Made by a program: the position numbers and the translations under genes
The notes under the pieces: model-generated
Told to the model about the DNA's origin: nothing
Database searches by the model: none
The model's input: the letters and a program-made list of their open reading frames with translations, nothing else
Origin: an uncultured Actinomycetota bacterium
Lineage (GTDB): Bacteria > Actinomycetota > Actinomycetes > Mycobacteriales > Jatrophihabitantaceae
Direction of reading: 5' to 3'
Assembly: GCA_963697905.1 (NCBI GenBank)
Contig: OY969101.1
Span: forward strand, 2,358,347 to 2,390,346
Length of the DNA stretch: 32,000 nt
Shown: positions 22,863-31,755 of the stretch, one piece after another
How the letters are laid out: each line of letters starts with the position of its first letter
Position numbering within the stretch: the stretch's first letter is position 1

Positions 22863-25667
22863 ATGATCACTTTCGATCCAGAGTCAGCCGATGGTCAGTG
22901 GCTCCATCAACGCCTCGTCGAAGTGGTGGCCGATAAAGTCGTTGCTGCATCCGTGGCGAAAGAAGCCGACCCGGTGCGACGTTTCCTGCTGATTGGAGAC
23001 GAGTGGTCCGGTCGCACACGAGTCCTTCGACTCGTCACGCAGTCGCTCCAAGATCACGACGGGTTTAACGACGTTTCGGTGCTAATCCTCGATCCGTTTA
23101 CCGACTTGCAAGTCTCACCTAGCGGCGGTCCTCCTGGCCGAACCGCCAAGCAGGTCGGAGACCTCCTACTCTTCCTATCGACGATTTTCGCACCGGTTCC
23201 TCACCTCGACATCATGAGCAAAGTGCTCGCCGTGTCGGGCGCTGGAGCCGTGGTAGCGGGCGACAACAGCGAGCGCCGAATGCTAGAGGCACGCCCGCGC
23301 GCGCCTGGTACGGTCAACGAGTTTGTCAACCAAGTGCGTGGGATTATCCGAATGCGACCCACCGTCGTGATCTGCGTGTTAGACGTGGAACGCGTTGGTT
23401 CCCCGGCGGACGCGCGAGAGCTGATAATCAAACTGCAGCTTCTTGAGGCGGTACACGACTGCCGCGTAATCACCGTCCTTGCCTGCAGCATGGAAACTGC
23501 ATCGGAAGTGCAGACGTCTGGTGTCCAACGCTGGACACCGATCGTGATACCCGAGGTTACTGCCGAGCAAGCTGCGCGCTGGCTCGGTCAACCACTCGAC
23601 TTGGCAGCCTCGGTCTGCGACTTGGCCAAAGGCCGGGCAGCTCTGATCGTCGCGTTCTCGCGTGTGCTCGCCACAGCACAATCGCTCCCGTCGGCCGAGC
23701 AGGCAGCCGCGTTCCTCAAGTCCTGGGCCCGCGACTACGTTATCGACACTGTCCTTGACTCTGCACGCGAAGAGGGATTCGACAAGCAGTCTGAGCAACG
23801 TGTGCTGGATTGTCTGGATGCTGCCGCTCTGCTTGCGCTGCAGGGCGATCAGTGCAGACCATCTGTACTCGACGCCGCAGGCCTTGGCGCGGCACGGCGC
23901 GACCTCCAGCGAACCGGTCGCAACGCACTGCCCGAGCGATGGTTGATCGAGCGCATCCTGACCACAGGCTGCAAGGAAGAACAATGGCGCCTACCGCGAC
24001 TGATTGCGACGTTGCTGCGCGAGAACCTGTTCACTCGCATAACGCAGGCACGCGCCGACATGGCATCGGCCGATGCCTCACCCGACATCAAGCCGCCAAT
24101 CATTCAGCGCACAGAACATTATCTCAACGCGCTGTTCACGTCCTGCTGGAACAACTTGGCGTTGATCAGTCCGCACGCAGTGTTCGCGGCAAGTGCCGTA
24201 GGGCGGATGGACTTTGTCGAGTACCACCGACGGGCCTGCGCTCAAGCGGCGCTAGATCGACGCGTCGACGACGCCCACTTGCTCGCCCGCCAGTTGCGTG
24301 GTCACGGATTGAAGCGCTGGGATGACGCGCACCTTATGCAGACGGCGCAAGATGTCTTCAATACGCTCAGCCTAACGCCACAGGAGTACCAGCCCCGGAA
24401 GATTCGTCGCGATCTGCTGGCCGTAGCCACAGCGGCACGAAAGTTACGACAGGATCACCGACCAGACTTGGACACACCGCTCAAAGACCTTAGCAGCGCT
24501 GCGCAGCACCGGATGCGGAGTGGAGTCCGCCCCGAAGCAACGCGACTATTGGCCGATGTGCTGCTCGTGCTTGAATCGCGTGAACAGCCGCTGGACGCCT
24601 TCGTGCCAAGCCGGGAGCTCATCGACCTCGCGCGCGACCTGCCCGACGTTCGGAGGTTGGTACTTTTATGTGTCGTGGGGGCGACCTATAATGCTGCCAA
24701 TTTCGATATCGCTCTTCATTGCATCTTGCACCTGACCAGTGATTTGGCGTTCGGCCCGGGGCCATGCTCCATTCACGGTGGCGCGGCCAGCCGATTGGAG
24801 ATGACTGCATCCTTACTCACCGTCGCGTGCACGGGGTGGAGCGGTGATCGGCAGGCCGCACGCACAGCCAGCGGCAAGTGTGTACGGGCAGCAATGCGCG
24901 CTGCTATGGCAGACCCCGACCCGGCGCGCGGCACCGGCCTAGCTATATCCATCATGCGAACACCTATCAGCTACGACCGAGACTGTGAAGAGTTTTCGAT
25001 CTCGGTCCTCGTACGAATCGCCCGCCGAGCATCGTCAAGCGACCGTGCCCGACTTTCCGCGCTCGCCTACTTGATCTCCCACATGAGATCCCGGGATGAC
25101 TACGTACAACTCGCTACGGCGGCTGTTGCTGATCTGCTGCTACGCGCTGAACGCGCCGTGCCGGAAGATGAATGCTACTACTGGGCCTTCGCTGCCGACT
25201 ATCTTGAACGCGGGGTTAGTCAGCAACACGCCGATGTCTATCGATACATGGCTGCCGCACTAGCGGTCGGCCATGCCAATAGCGCTGCTCCCGCTGAACT
25301 CGCCAACCTGGACTGTGACATCGGCACCCCGAGCACGTGGCCCGCGGCAGGCGCCATCCTCACGGGCGACGGCTTCAATATCCCCATCGACGCCTCGCAC
25401 CGCGACTACGCGTTTTCTCTCGGGAGAGGGACACGTGCATCGTCGGCGGCGCTTGTCGATGAGTGGCTAGACCGCTTGATCGACCTCCTGCCTTTGCCTT
25501 GGTTCGATAACCTCGACCTACTTCGGCTGGAAACCGAAATTCTGGTGCGAGAGGCCCTCGCAGATGCAGGCAGGATAGTAAATTGCGACCCATTTGACAT
25601 CGCAGAACGCTTCGCGCTGCTCGACGCATTGCCGGACTTATTGGGTTCCGCCCCTAGGATCCCGTAG
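22863..25667 (+). CDS. Large STAND-like P-loop NTPase with variant Walker A (GxxxxGRT) and a long alpha-helical C-terminal region; function unknown
   Basis: Intact 934-aa ORF in the lowest-GC DNA of the window. FLLIGDEWSGRTRVL (aa 41-55; P-loop nt 22995-23018). Walker-B-like TVVICVLDVE (aa 167-176). STAND-like IVIPEVTAEQAARWL. No recognisable effector domain. The family was not recognised. Confidence 0.55.
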   Translation: MITFDPESADGQWLHQRLVEVVADKVVAASVAKEADPVRRFLLIGDEWSGRTRVLRLVTQSLQDHDGFNDVSVLILDPFTDLQVSPSGGPPGRTAKQVGDLLLFLSTIFAPVPHLDIMSKVLAVSGAGAVVAGDNSERRMLEARPRAPGTVNEFVNQVRGIIRMRPTVVICVLDVERVGSPADARELIIKLQLLEAVHDCRVITVLACSMETASEVQTSGVQRWTPIVIPEVTAEQAARWLGQPLDLAASVCDLAKGRAALIVAFSRVLATAQSLPSAEQAAAFLKSWARDYVIDTVLDSAREEGFDKQSEQRVLDCLDAAALLALQGDQCRPSVLDAAGLGAARRDLQRTGRNALPERWLIERILTTGCKEEQWRLPRLIATLLRENLFTRITQARADMASADASPDIKPPIIQRTEHYLNALFTSCWNNLALISPHAVFAASAVGRMDFVEYHRRACAQAALDRRVDDAHLLARQLRGHGLKRWDDAHLMQTAQDVFNTLSLTPQEYQPRKIRRDLLAVATAARKLRQDHRPDLDTPLKDLSSAAQHRMRSGVRPEATRLLADVLLVLESREQPLDAFVPSRELIDLARDLPDVRRLVLLCVVGATYNAANFDIALHCILHLTSDLAFGPGPCSIHGGAASRLEMTASLLTVACTGWSGDRQAARTASGKCVRAAMRAAMADPDPARGTGLAISIMRTPISYDRDCEEFSISVLVRIARRASSSDRARLSALAYLISHMRSRDDYVQLATAAVADLLLRAERAVPEDECYYWAFAADYLERGVSQQHADVYRYMAAALAVGHANSAAPAELANLDCDIGTPSTWPAAGAILTGDGFNIPIDASHRDYAFSLGRGTRASSAALVDEWLDRLIDLLPLPWFDNLDLLRLETEILVREALADAGRIVNCDPFDIAERFALLDALPDLLGSAPRIP

Positions 25668-26062
25668 CGCGCTCACGATAACAGCCGATTCTGGCAGCTG
25701 CGCACCTCGGATAGCACCCACTCGCTCTTGTCCTGGCTCACCCCTCAGGCATGCAGCGGTCGCCTGCAATTGCCCATAACGCGTGAGCGCAACTCACAGA
25801 TATCGCTCGGCGAGGTGCACAGAGTCGGCAACTTGTTTGACTCGACCTCGGGAGCCTGGGAGCAGCATCCTCAGGCGTTGGACCTGGTCGGGTTCGCTCG
25901 CGAATCGGCTGCCGTCGTCCTGGCGATGTTCTGGCTCACGAACGGCCCGCGGCTCGATCGGGTCCACCCGGTGAGGTTGTGGCTCAAGAGAGGTCTGCGC
26001 TGCCGGTAGTTGCATTGCCCTCCTCGCCAAGTCCGGTCCGGTGAATTTGAGGAGGCGAGGGC

Positions 26063-27100
26063 GTGGCTGACGATGTGATGATCAGCGTGGATCCGCACAA
26101 GGCGAGCAACACCGCGGCGGTCATGGACCCGGTCACGAAGATCGTGATCGACAGCCGGCGGTTCACGAACACGGCTGCCGGCTACCGGCAGCTGCGTGAG
26201 TTCAGTGGCCGCTGGCAGCAACGCCGGTGGGCGGTCGAGGGCTGCCACGGCGCCGGCCGATCGCTGGCCCAACGCCTGGTCGCCGACGGCGAGCTGGTGC
26301 TCGACGTCCCGGCCAAGCTCGCTGCTCGGGTGCGGGTCTACTCCCAAGGACACGGCCGCAAGACCGACGTCAACGACGCGGTCTCGATCGGACTCGCCGC
26401 GCTGAACAGCGGCAGCGTGGTCCGCGGTCCGCACCGACGACACCCTCGTTAGCCTGCGGCTCTTGTCCGACCGGCGTGACGAGCTCGCTGCCCTGCGGAC
26501 CCAGGCCGTCTGCCGCTTGCACCGTCTGCTGGCCGAACTCACGCCGGGCGGCACCCACCGCGGCCTCAAGGCCAGCCGAGCCCAGCAGCTACTGGACAAG
26601 CTGCGACCCGCGGACCCGGTCGCGCAGGTCCGGCTCCAGCTCGCCGCCCAGCATCTGGAAGACATCTGCGCACTGGACGCGAAGATGAAGGCCGTCCGCG
26701 CTCAGATCGAGGAGCTGGTCAAGACGACCGGCTCGCACCTGGCCGACCTCTACGGAGTCGGCCCGGTGATCGCCGGCCGCATCCTGGCCGAGGTCGAGAC
26801 CATCGACCGGTTCCCCTCAAAGGACCACTTCGCCTCCTACAACGGCATCGCGCCCATCGATGCCTCCTCCGGCGACCACGTCCGACACCGGCTGTCCCGA
26901 GCCGGGAACCGGCGGCTGAACCACGCGCTCCACATGATGGCGGTGACCCAAATCCGCTATCCCGAAAGCGAGGGCCGCCGCTATTACGAACGCAAGCGAT
27001 TGGAGGGCAAGACCCCGAAAGAAGCGCTGCGCTGCCTCAAGCGTCGACTCTCCGACGCCGTCTACCGGCAGCTGCTCGCCGACCGGCCGAGCACAATCGA
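26063..27100 (+). mobile_element. IS110-family transposase gene, disrupted by a 7-bp tandem duplication and probably 3'-truncated
   Basis: The N-terminal part MADDVMISVDPHKASNTAAVMD...GRKTDVNDAVSIGLAAL is listed ORF 26063..26452. It continues as DDTLVSLRLLSDRRDELAALRTQ...LYGVGPVIAGRILAEVETIDRFPSKDHFASYNGIAPIDASSGDHVRHRLSRAGNRRLNHALH...LKRRLSDAVYRQLLAD in listed ORF 26463..27302. ggtccgc is duplicated at 26419-26425 and 26426-26432. The tail after about 27085 is low-complexity read-through. IS ends are not defined. Confidence 0.85.
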
Positions 27101-27103
27101 TGC

Positions 27104-27283
27104 GTGCGGATCACCTACGACCGCGCCGCCAACGCGGCCTACATCTACCTCACCGACGCCGAACTCGAAGCCGGACACACCACCACCCTCGCGGCGCTCC
27201 CTCCCGGGATCGACGGCTTCGTCGCGCTCGACTGGCAAGACGACCGCCTCGTCGGTATCGAAGTCCACATCACGAACGACTAG
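27104..27283 (+). CDS. DUF2283-like small protein (59 aa)
   Basis: My own translation from GTG 27104: (M)RITYDRAANAAYIYLTDAELEAGHTTTLAALPPGIDGFVALDWQDDRLVGIEVHITND*, with TAG at 27281-27283. This matches the MRITYD...AYIYL...LD.D..GRLVGIEV pattern I associate with DUF2283. It is one codon below the track cutoff and is masked by the IS110 read-through ORF. Confidence 0.6.
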   Translation: MRITYDRAANAAYIYLTDAELEAGHTTTLAALPPGIDGFVALDWQDDRLVGIEVHITND

Positions 27284-27434
27284 ATCAGCGACCAACGCTT
27301 GACAGAGAGGAGCCGATCTGTGCGGCCTGTGGATGCCGAGAATGTGGTGCGCGGGGCGCGGTTGGGTGAGTACGCGTGTCCTTAGCCAGGCCGACCAGCG
27401 TTGCGCAACCGAGCGAGCAACGAGGACCGGAAAT

Positions 27435-28796
27435 TTAGCCGGCGTCGGCGCGGCGGACCAGCTCCCGGGCCGCCGCGCGCGCCTCGGTCGCGATCGACTT
27501 CGCGTCGGCGGTGCGCAACTCGGCGCGCTCGACGACCACAGTGCCGCCGACCAGCAGCAGCTCCAGCGGCGCCGGTGGTCCGAACACCAGCGCGCACACC
27601 GGATCGGCGATGTCGGCGTGCCCGAGGCCGTCCAGTCGCCACAGCGCGAGATCGGCCAGCTTGCCCACCTCGATCGAGCCCAGGTCGTCCTGCCGGCCCA
27701 GGCACCGGGCGCCGCCCATGGTGCCCATCGCCAGCGCCTGGCGTGCGGTCAGCGCCTGCGGGCCGCGCCGGTAGCGGGCGGCAAGCACCGCCTGCCGTAG
27801 CTCCTCGGCCAGCCTGCTGTGCTCGTTGGAGGCCACCCCGTCCACGCCGAGCCCGACCGGCAAGCCCGCGTCGAGCAGTTCCGGCACCGGGGCGATGCCC
27901 GAGCCCAGCCGCCCGTTGGAACTCGGGCAGTGCGCCACCCCCGTCCCGGTGGCGGCAAGCCTGGCGATGTCGGGCTCGGACAGGTGCACGCAGTGCGCCA
28001 GCCAGACGTCCTCGCCGAGCCAGCCGAGGGATTCGACGTAGTCCACCGGCCGCGCGCCGTAGTGGGCCAGGCAGTACTCCTGCTCGTCCAGCGTCTCGGC
28101 CAGGTGGGTGTGCAGCCGCACGCCCAGCCGCCGGCCCAGCTCCGCCGAGTCGGTCATCAGCTGCCCGGAGTTGGTGAACGGCGTGCACGGCGCCAGCACG
28201 ATCCGCAGCATGGAATCCGGAGCCGGGTCGTGATGCGCAGCCACCGCGGCCTCGCAGGCGGTGAGGATGTCGTCCGGATCCTCCACCACCGAATCGGGTG
28301 GCAGCCCGCCGGCTGACTGGCCCAGATCCATCGAGCCGCGGGCAGCGTGGAAGCGCAGGCCGATCCGGCGCGCCGCGGAGATCTCGGCGCCGAGGATGTC
28401 GCCGCCGTCGCGGGGAAACAGGTAGTTGTGATCCATCGCCGTCGTGCAGCCGGACAGCGCCAGGTTGGCCAGCCCGGCGCTGGCCGCCCGGTACTCCAGG
28501 TCAGCGTCCAGCCCTGCCCAGATCGGGTAGAGCGTGGTGAGCCACTGGAACAGGGTGCCGTCCTGGGCGAACCCGCGGGTGATCGACTGGCACAGGTGGT
28601 GGTGGGTGTTCACCAACCCCGGCGTCAGCAGGCAGCCGGAACCGTCGAACCTGCTGGCGCCGGCCACCACCGGCGCCGGCCCGGCGCCCACCGCCGCGAT
28701 CCGGCCATCGGTGATCACCACGTAGCCGCTGGCGTGCTCGGTACCGGCGGCGTCCACGGTGGCCAGCGCGCAGCCGTCGATCACCAGGCTGCTCAT
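27435..28796 (-). CDS. Amidohydrolase, 8-oxoguanine deaminase-like (purine catabolism cluster)
   Basis: Intact 453-aa ORF. The metal-binding motif is LTPGLVNTHHHLCQS. Further matches: HLAETLDE, AHCVHL, VGLGVDGVASNE. Its ATG overlaps the uricase stop (TGATG at 28794-28798). Confidence 0.8.
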   Translation of the reverse strand: MSSLVIDGCALATVDAAGTEHASGYVVITDGRIAAVGAGPAPVVAGASRFDGSGCLLTPGLVNTHHHLCQSITRGFAQDGTLFQWLTTLYPIWAGLDADLEYRAASAGLANLALSGCTTAMDHNYLFPRDGGDILGAEISAARRIGLRFHAARGSMDLGQSAGGLPPDSVVEDPDDILTACEAAVAAHHDPAPDSMLRIVLAPCTPFTNSGQLMTDSAELGRRLGVRLHTHLAETLDEQEYCLAHYGARPVDYVESLGWLGEDVWLAHCVHLSEPDIARLAATGTGVAHCPSSNGRLGSGIAPVPELLDAGLPVGLGVDGVASNEHSRLAEELRQAVLAARYRRGPQALTARQALAMGTMGGARCLGRQDDLGSIEVGKLADLALWRLDGLGHADIADPVCALVFGPPAPLELLLVGGTVVVERAELRTADAKSIATEARAAARELVRRADAG

Positions 28797-29689
28797 CAGC
28801 AGAACCCCGGCACGGCGCGCCAGGCCGGCCCGGCATCGGGTGCGTCGTCACGGGCAACGGTGCCCTCGATCAGCCCGTACGGTCTATCGGCGGCGTGGTA
28901 GACCTCGCGGTCGTTGGTCAGCCCGAACGGCGACAAATCCACCAGGAAATGGTGCTTGTTCGGCATCGACATGCGAATCTCGGCCACCTCCGGACGGGCT
29001 TGCAGGACCTGCTCGCCCATGTAGTACAGCGACTGCTGCAGGGCCAGGCTGTGCTTGCGGGCAAAGGATTCCAGCAGGATCCGGCGCACCTCGGCGTAGC
29101 TGGTGCTCCAGTCAAGCCGGCTGTCGGCGTAGCGCCAGCGAGCGGTGACCGCGGTCGCCAGGATCCGGTCGCGGTCCTCGGGCAACGTGGTGTATTCATC
29201 GCGGGGAAACCCGGTGAACTCCGATCCGGTGGTTTTGAGCACGACCAGATCGGTCAACCCGGAAACCACCCAGGAGTTGTCCCGCTCGACGGTGACCACC
29301 GTGGTGCGGGTGCCGCCGCCGGCCCGGCTGAAGGCCGAACCGTGCTCCGCGCCGTCCACGCTGATCCGTTCCCAGCCGTACTCGGAGATGCTCACCCTGG
29401 CCGAGCTGATCCATTCGAAGCCGTCGAGGAAGTGCCGGCCCAGCCGCAGCGCGAAATCCTCGATCTCGCCAACGCCGAACTGCTCGGCGAAGGCGAAGAC
29501 GGTGTTCTTCTGGGTGTCGGTGGCGATCACGTGCGCGTTGTCACCGGCCAGGTGCGCGGCGGCGAAATCGCCGCGCAGCGCGGTGGAAACGTTCAGATCC
29601 TGCAGCCGGTGCCGGTCCCCGTCGCGAGTGACGTGGACCAGGCGCACCTCCGCCTTGCCGTACTGGTTCTCCCCGAAGACGATGGCCAT
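28796..29689 (-). CDS. pucL: Factor-independent urate hydroxylase (uricase)
   Basis: Start at MAIVFGENQYGKAEVRLVHVTRDGDRHRLQDLNV...ATDTQKNTVFAFAE (ATG 29689) within ORF 28796..29746. These are typical bacterial uricase N-terminal motifs. Confidence 0.9.
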   Translation of the reverse strand: MAIVFGENQYGKAEVRLVHVTRDGDRHRLQDLNVSTALRGDFAAAHLAGDNAHVIATDTQKNTVFAFAEQFGVGEIEDFALRLGRHFLDGFEWISSARVSISEYGWERISVDGAEHGSAFSRAGGGTRTTVVTVERDNSWVVSGLTDLVVLKTTGSEFTGFPRDEYTTLPEDRDRILATAVTARWRYADSRLDWSTSYAEVRRILLESFARKHSLALQQSLYYMGEQVLQARPEVAEIRMSMPNKHHFLVDLSPFGLTNDREVYHAADRPYGLIEGTVARDDAPDAGPAWRAVPGFC

Positions 29690-29693
29690 GTCG

Positions 29694-30020
29694 CTAACTC
29701 CCGCGGTAAGTCGTGTAGCTGAACGGGCTGAGCAGCAGCGGCACATGGTGGTGCCGGTCGGGCTCGGCGATCTCGAACACCACGCTCACCTCGGGATAGA
29801 AGGTCGCGGTGCCGAGCGCGGAGTAGTAGCCGCCGGTGTCGAAGGTGAGCCGGTGCCGGCCGGTGTCCGGATCGCCGAGTTCGGCGATCCGGCCGTTGGC
29901 GTCGGTGACCGCCTCGGCCGAGAACGCCCAGCCGTTGCCGGTCCAGAACTCCAGCCGCACCGCGACGCCGGCTGCCGGCCGGCCGGCCTGCGCGTCCAGC
30001 ACGTGGGTGGACAGGCTCAT
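29694..30020 (-). CDS. uraH: 5-hydroxyisourate hydrolase (transthyretin-like)
   Basis: MSLSTHVLDAQAGRPAAGVAVRLE...HHHVPLLLSPFSYTTYRGS* (108 aa) has the canonical HIUase start and the YRGS end. ATG at 30020. Confidence 0.9.
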   Translation of the reverse strand: MSLSTHVLDAQAGRPAAGVAVRLEFWTGNGWAFSAEAVTDANGRIAELGDPDTGRHRLTFDTGGYYSALGTATFYPEVSVVFEIAEPDRHHHVPLLLSPFSYTTYRGS

Positions 30021-30036
30021 CGCACTCCTTCGGTGT

Positions 30037-30621
30037 TCATTGCTCGGCTCCACGCTCGCTGCGCTCCTCGTCGCTGCGCTCCTCGTCGCTGCGCTCCTTC
30101 GTTGCTCGCTCGCTGTCGCCTTCGGTGTGGGTAGCCAGCAGCTTGGCGAGCCGGAGCCGGTTGATCCTGGCCAGCTCCACCAACACCACCGCACGCTCGG
30201 CGGCGGGGTCGTTGGCCAGCCTCGATCGGCAGAGGTCCAGCAGTTCCTCGGCCGACCGATCGGTGGCACACACCAGGTAGACCTGTCCGAACCGCCGTTC
30301 GTAGGCGGCGTTCGCGGCAGCCAGTTCGGCCCGGACGTCCGCCCCGGCCGAGGCCACTCCGGCCTGCTCCTGCCGGGACCACTCCCCCGCCGGCCGGTCG
30401 CCGATCCGGGGATGGGCGGCGAGCGCCGCGGCCAGCCCGGCGTCGGTCAGCTTCGCGACGGCCAAGTCAGAGGTGGCGAACAGCTCGTCCTCGTCCCCGT
30501 ACGGCCGTCCGGCGGCCATCGCCGCCACCCACTCCGGCGCCGCGCAGCAGGCAGCGAGGTCGGCGCGCAGCCGCTGCTCCGATGCGCCGTTGAGTACGGC
30601 AACTCCGCGGCCGGCCATCAT
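30037..30621 (-). CDS. uraD: 2-oxo-4-hydroxy-4-carboxy-5-ureidoimidazoline (OHCU) decarboxylase
   Basis: LAACCAAPEWVAAMAAGRPY...AAHPRIG...EQAGV...YERRFGQVYLVCATDRSAEELL are typical UraD motifs. The C terminus is extended by the tandem repeat. Confidence 0.85.
   Translation of the reverse strand: MMAGRGVAVLNGASEQRLRADLAACCAAPEWVAAMAAGRPYGDEDELFATSDLAVAKLTDAGLAAALAAHPRIGDRPAGEWSRQEQAGVASAGADVRAELAAANAAYERRFGQVYLVCATDRSAEELLDLCRSRLANDPAAERAVVLVELARINRLRLAKLLATHTEGDSERATKERSDEERSDEERSERGAEQ
30057..30102. repeat. 15-bp tandem repeat (cgctgcgctcctcgt, 3 copies, the third with a 1-nt insertion) inside the 3' end of the OHCU decarboxylase gene
   Basis: Read directly. Copies lie at 30057-30071, 30072-30086 and 30087-30102. 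It encodes the (ERSDE)-type tail ...KERSDEERSDEERSERGAEQ*. Confidence 0.85.
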
Positions 30622-30657
30622 CCCTCCCGATGCTCGTCGAAACCGATGCCCGCAGGC

Positions 30658-31755
30658 CTACCCGGCCCCGGCCCCGGCGCCGGGCCCGGCCAGCGACTGG
30701 CGCAGCGTTTCCGGCATCGCACCGAGGTCCGGATAAGGCCGGTCCGAACCCGGCCCGTCGAGCAGTCCGGCCAGCTGGCTTTTCGGCAGCGTGTTGGCGA
30801 ACCGCAGCGCCAGCGCCGCCCGGCCGGCCTCGGTCGGCGCCCCGAAAATCCGCAACCTGCCGACGCCGCCGTCCGGGAAGACGTCCAGCCGCACCCGGCT
30901 CACCTCGCGACCGCCGAGCACGAACCGGTGGCGGGTATCCGGCTGCAGCCGGGTTCTCGGCAGCAGCACCACCCCGTCGTCCCCGGTGAGGCCGGCCCAG
31001 CCCGGCGCGTTGCCGACGAAGTGGCTGGTGTCGATCTCGGCCAGCACAGGGCGGCCGGCGCAGGCCAGCTGCAGGCTGACCCAGTCGTTGCCGTCGTCGC
31101 GGCGGCGCGCGGTTTCCCAGCCGTCGCCCATCGCCCGGCCGAGGCCTGGCTTGATCAGGTTCTGCGGTGCGGAGTAGAAGCTGTTGCTGCAGTCGAGGAC
31201 CCGCCCGCCATGCTCCAGCGCGGCCAGGTCGAGGACCGGCGGCAACAGCCGCGGATCGGCCACCACCTCGCCCAGCACCCGGAGCCGCGCGACCCCGCCG
31301 TCCGGGTAGATCGACAGCCGGACATGGCTGAACCGGCGCTCGTCGGACACCGGGAACTCGTGCACGGTGTCGCCGGCGAGCTTGCCGCGCGCCACCAGTG
31401 GGATCCAGTCGGCCTCGGCCAGCTCCGCCGGCGAGGGGTAACCGTCCACCCCGCAGGCTTCCACCGACGCCTCCGGCGGGTAGTTGCCGGTGAAGAAGGC
31501 GGTGTCGATGACGATCGTGCGCACCAGGCCCGGGCAGCCGAGCCGGACGATGGCATGGTCCTGGCCCGGCTCCCGCCGCCGGCGGGTTTCCCAGCCGTCC
31601 ATCACCTGGCCCTTCGGCCCGAACGTGTGCGGGGAGAACACCGGCGGCTCGGCCTTGATCAGATTCTCCCGGCTGGCGAACAGCTCATCGGTGGCCGCGA
31701 CCACCGATCCGCCGAGCCCACGCGAGGCGAGATCACACAGGAATTGCTGGCTCAT
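30658..31755 (-). CDS. alc: Allantoicase
   Basis: Start at MSQQFLCDLASRGLGGSVVAATDELFASRENLIK (ATG 31755). It has two allantoicase repeats (DGWETRRRR...FTGNYPP and DGWETARRR...FVGNAPG). The N-terminal extension of ORF 30658..31938 is rejected. ATGA overlap with the allantoinase stop. Confidence 0.9.
   Translation of the reverse strand: MSQQFLCDLASRGLGGSVVAATDELFASRENLIKAEPPVFSPHTFGPKGQVMDGWETRRRREPGQDHAIVRLGCPGLVRTIVIDTAFFTGNYPPEASVEACGVDGYPSPAELAEADWIPLVARGKLAGDTVHEFPVSDERRFSHVRLSIYPDGGVARLRVLGEVVADPRLLPPVLDLAALEHGGRVLDCSNSFYSAPQNLIKPGLGRAMGDGWETARRRDDGNDWVSLQLACAGRPVLAEIDTSHFVGNAPGWAGLTGDDGVVLLPRTRLQPDTRHRFVLGGREVSRVRLDVFPDGGVGRLRIFGAPTEAGRAALALRFANTLPKSQLAGLLDGPGSDRPYPDLGAMPETLRQSLAGPGAGAGAG

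Noticed and set aside
25671-25789. Inverted 9-mers gcgctcacg / cgtgagcgc about 100 bp apart downstream of the 934-aa gene, considered as possible IS or island terminal repeats
   Set aside because: They are only 9 bp long, with no matching partner at the other island edge (about 17.0 kb). Matches of this length are expected by chance in 32 kb.
25728-26030. ORFs 25728..26009 (+) and 25794..26030 (-) between the 934-aa gene and IS110
   Set aside because: They have no recognisable motifs, overlap each other on opposite strands, and lie in what is probably the IS110 5' untranslated/left-end region.
27320-27385. 21-codon ORF with AGGAG 7 nt upstream and a TTGACA at 27299-27304
   Set aside because: It is too short and featureless to support. 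No -10 element sits at proper spacing from the TTGACA.
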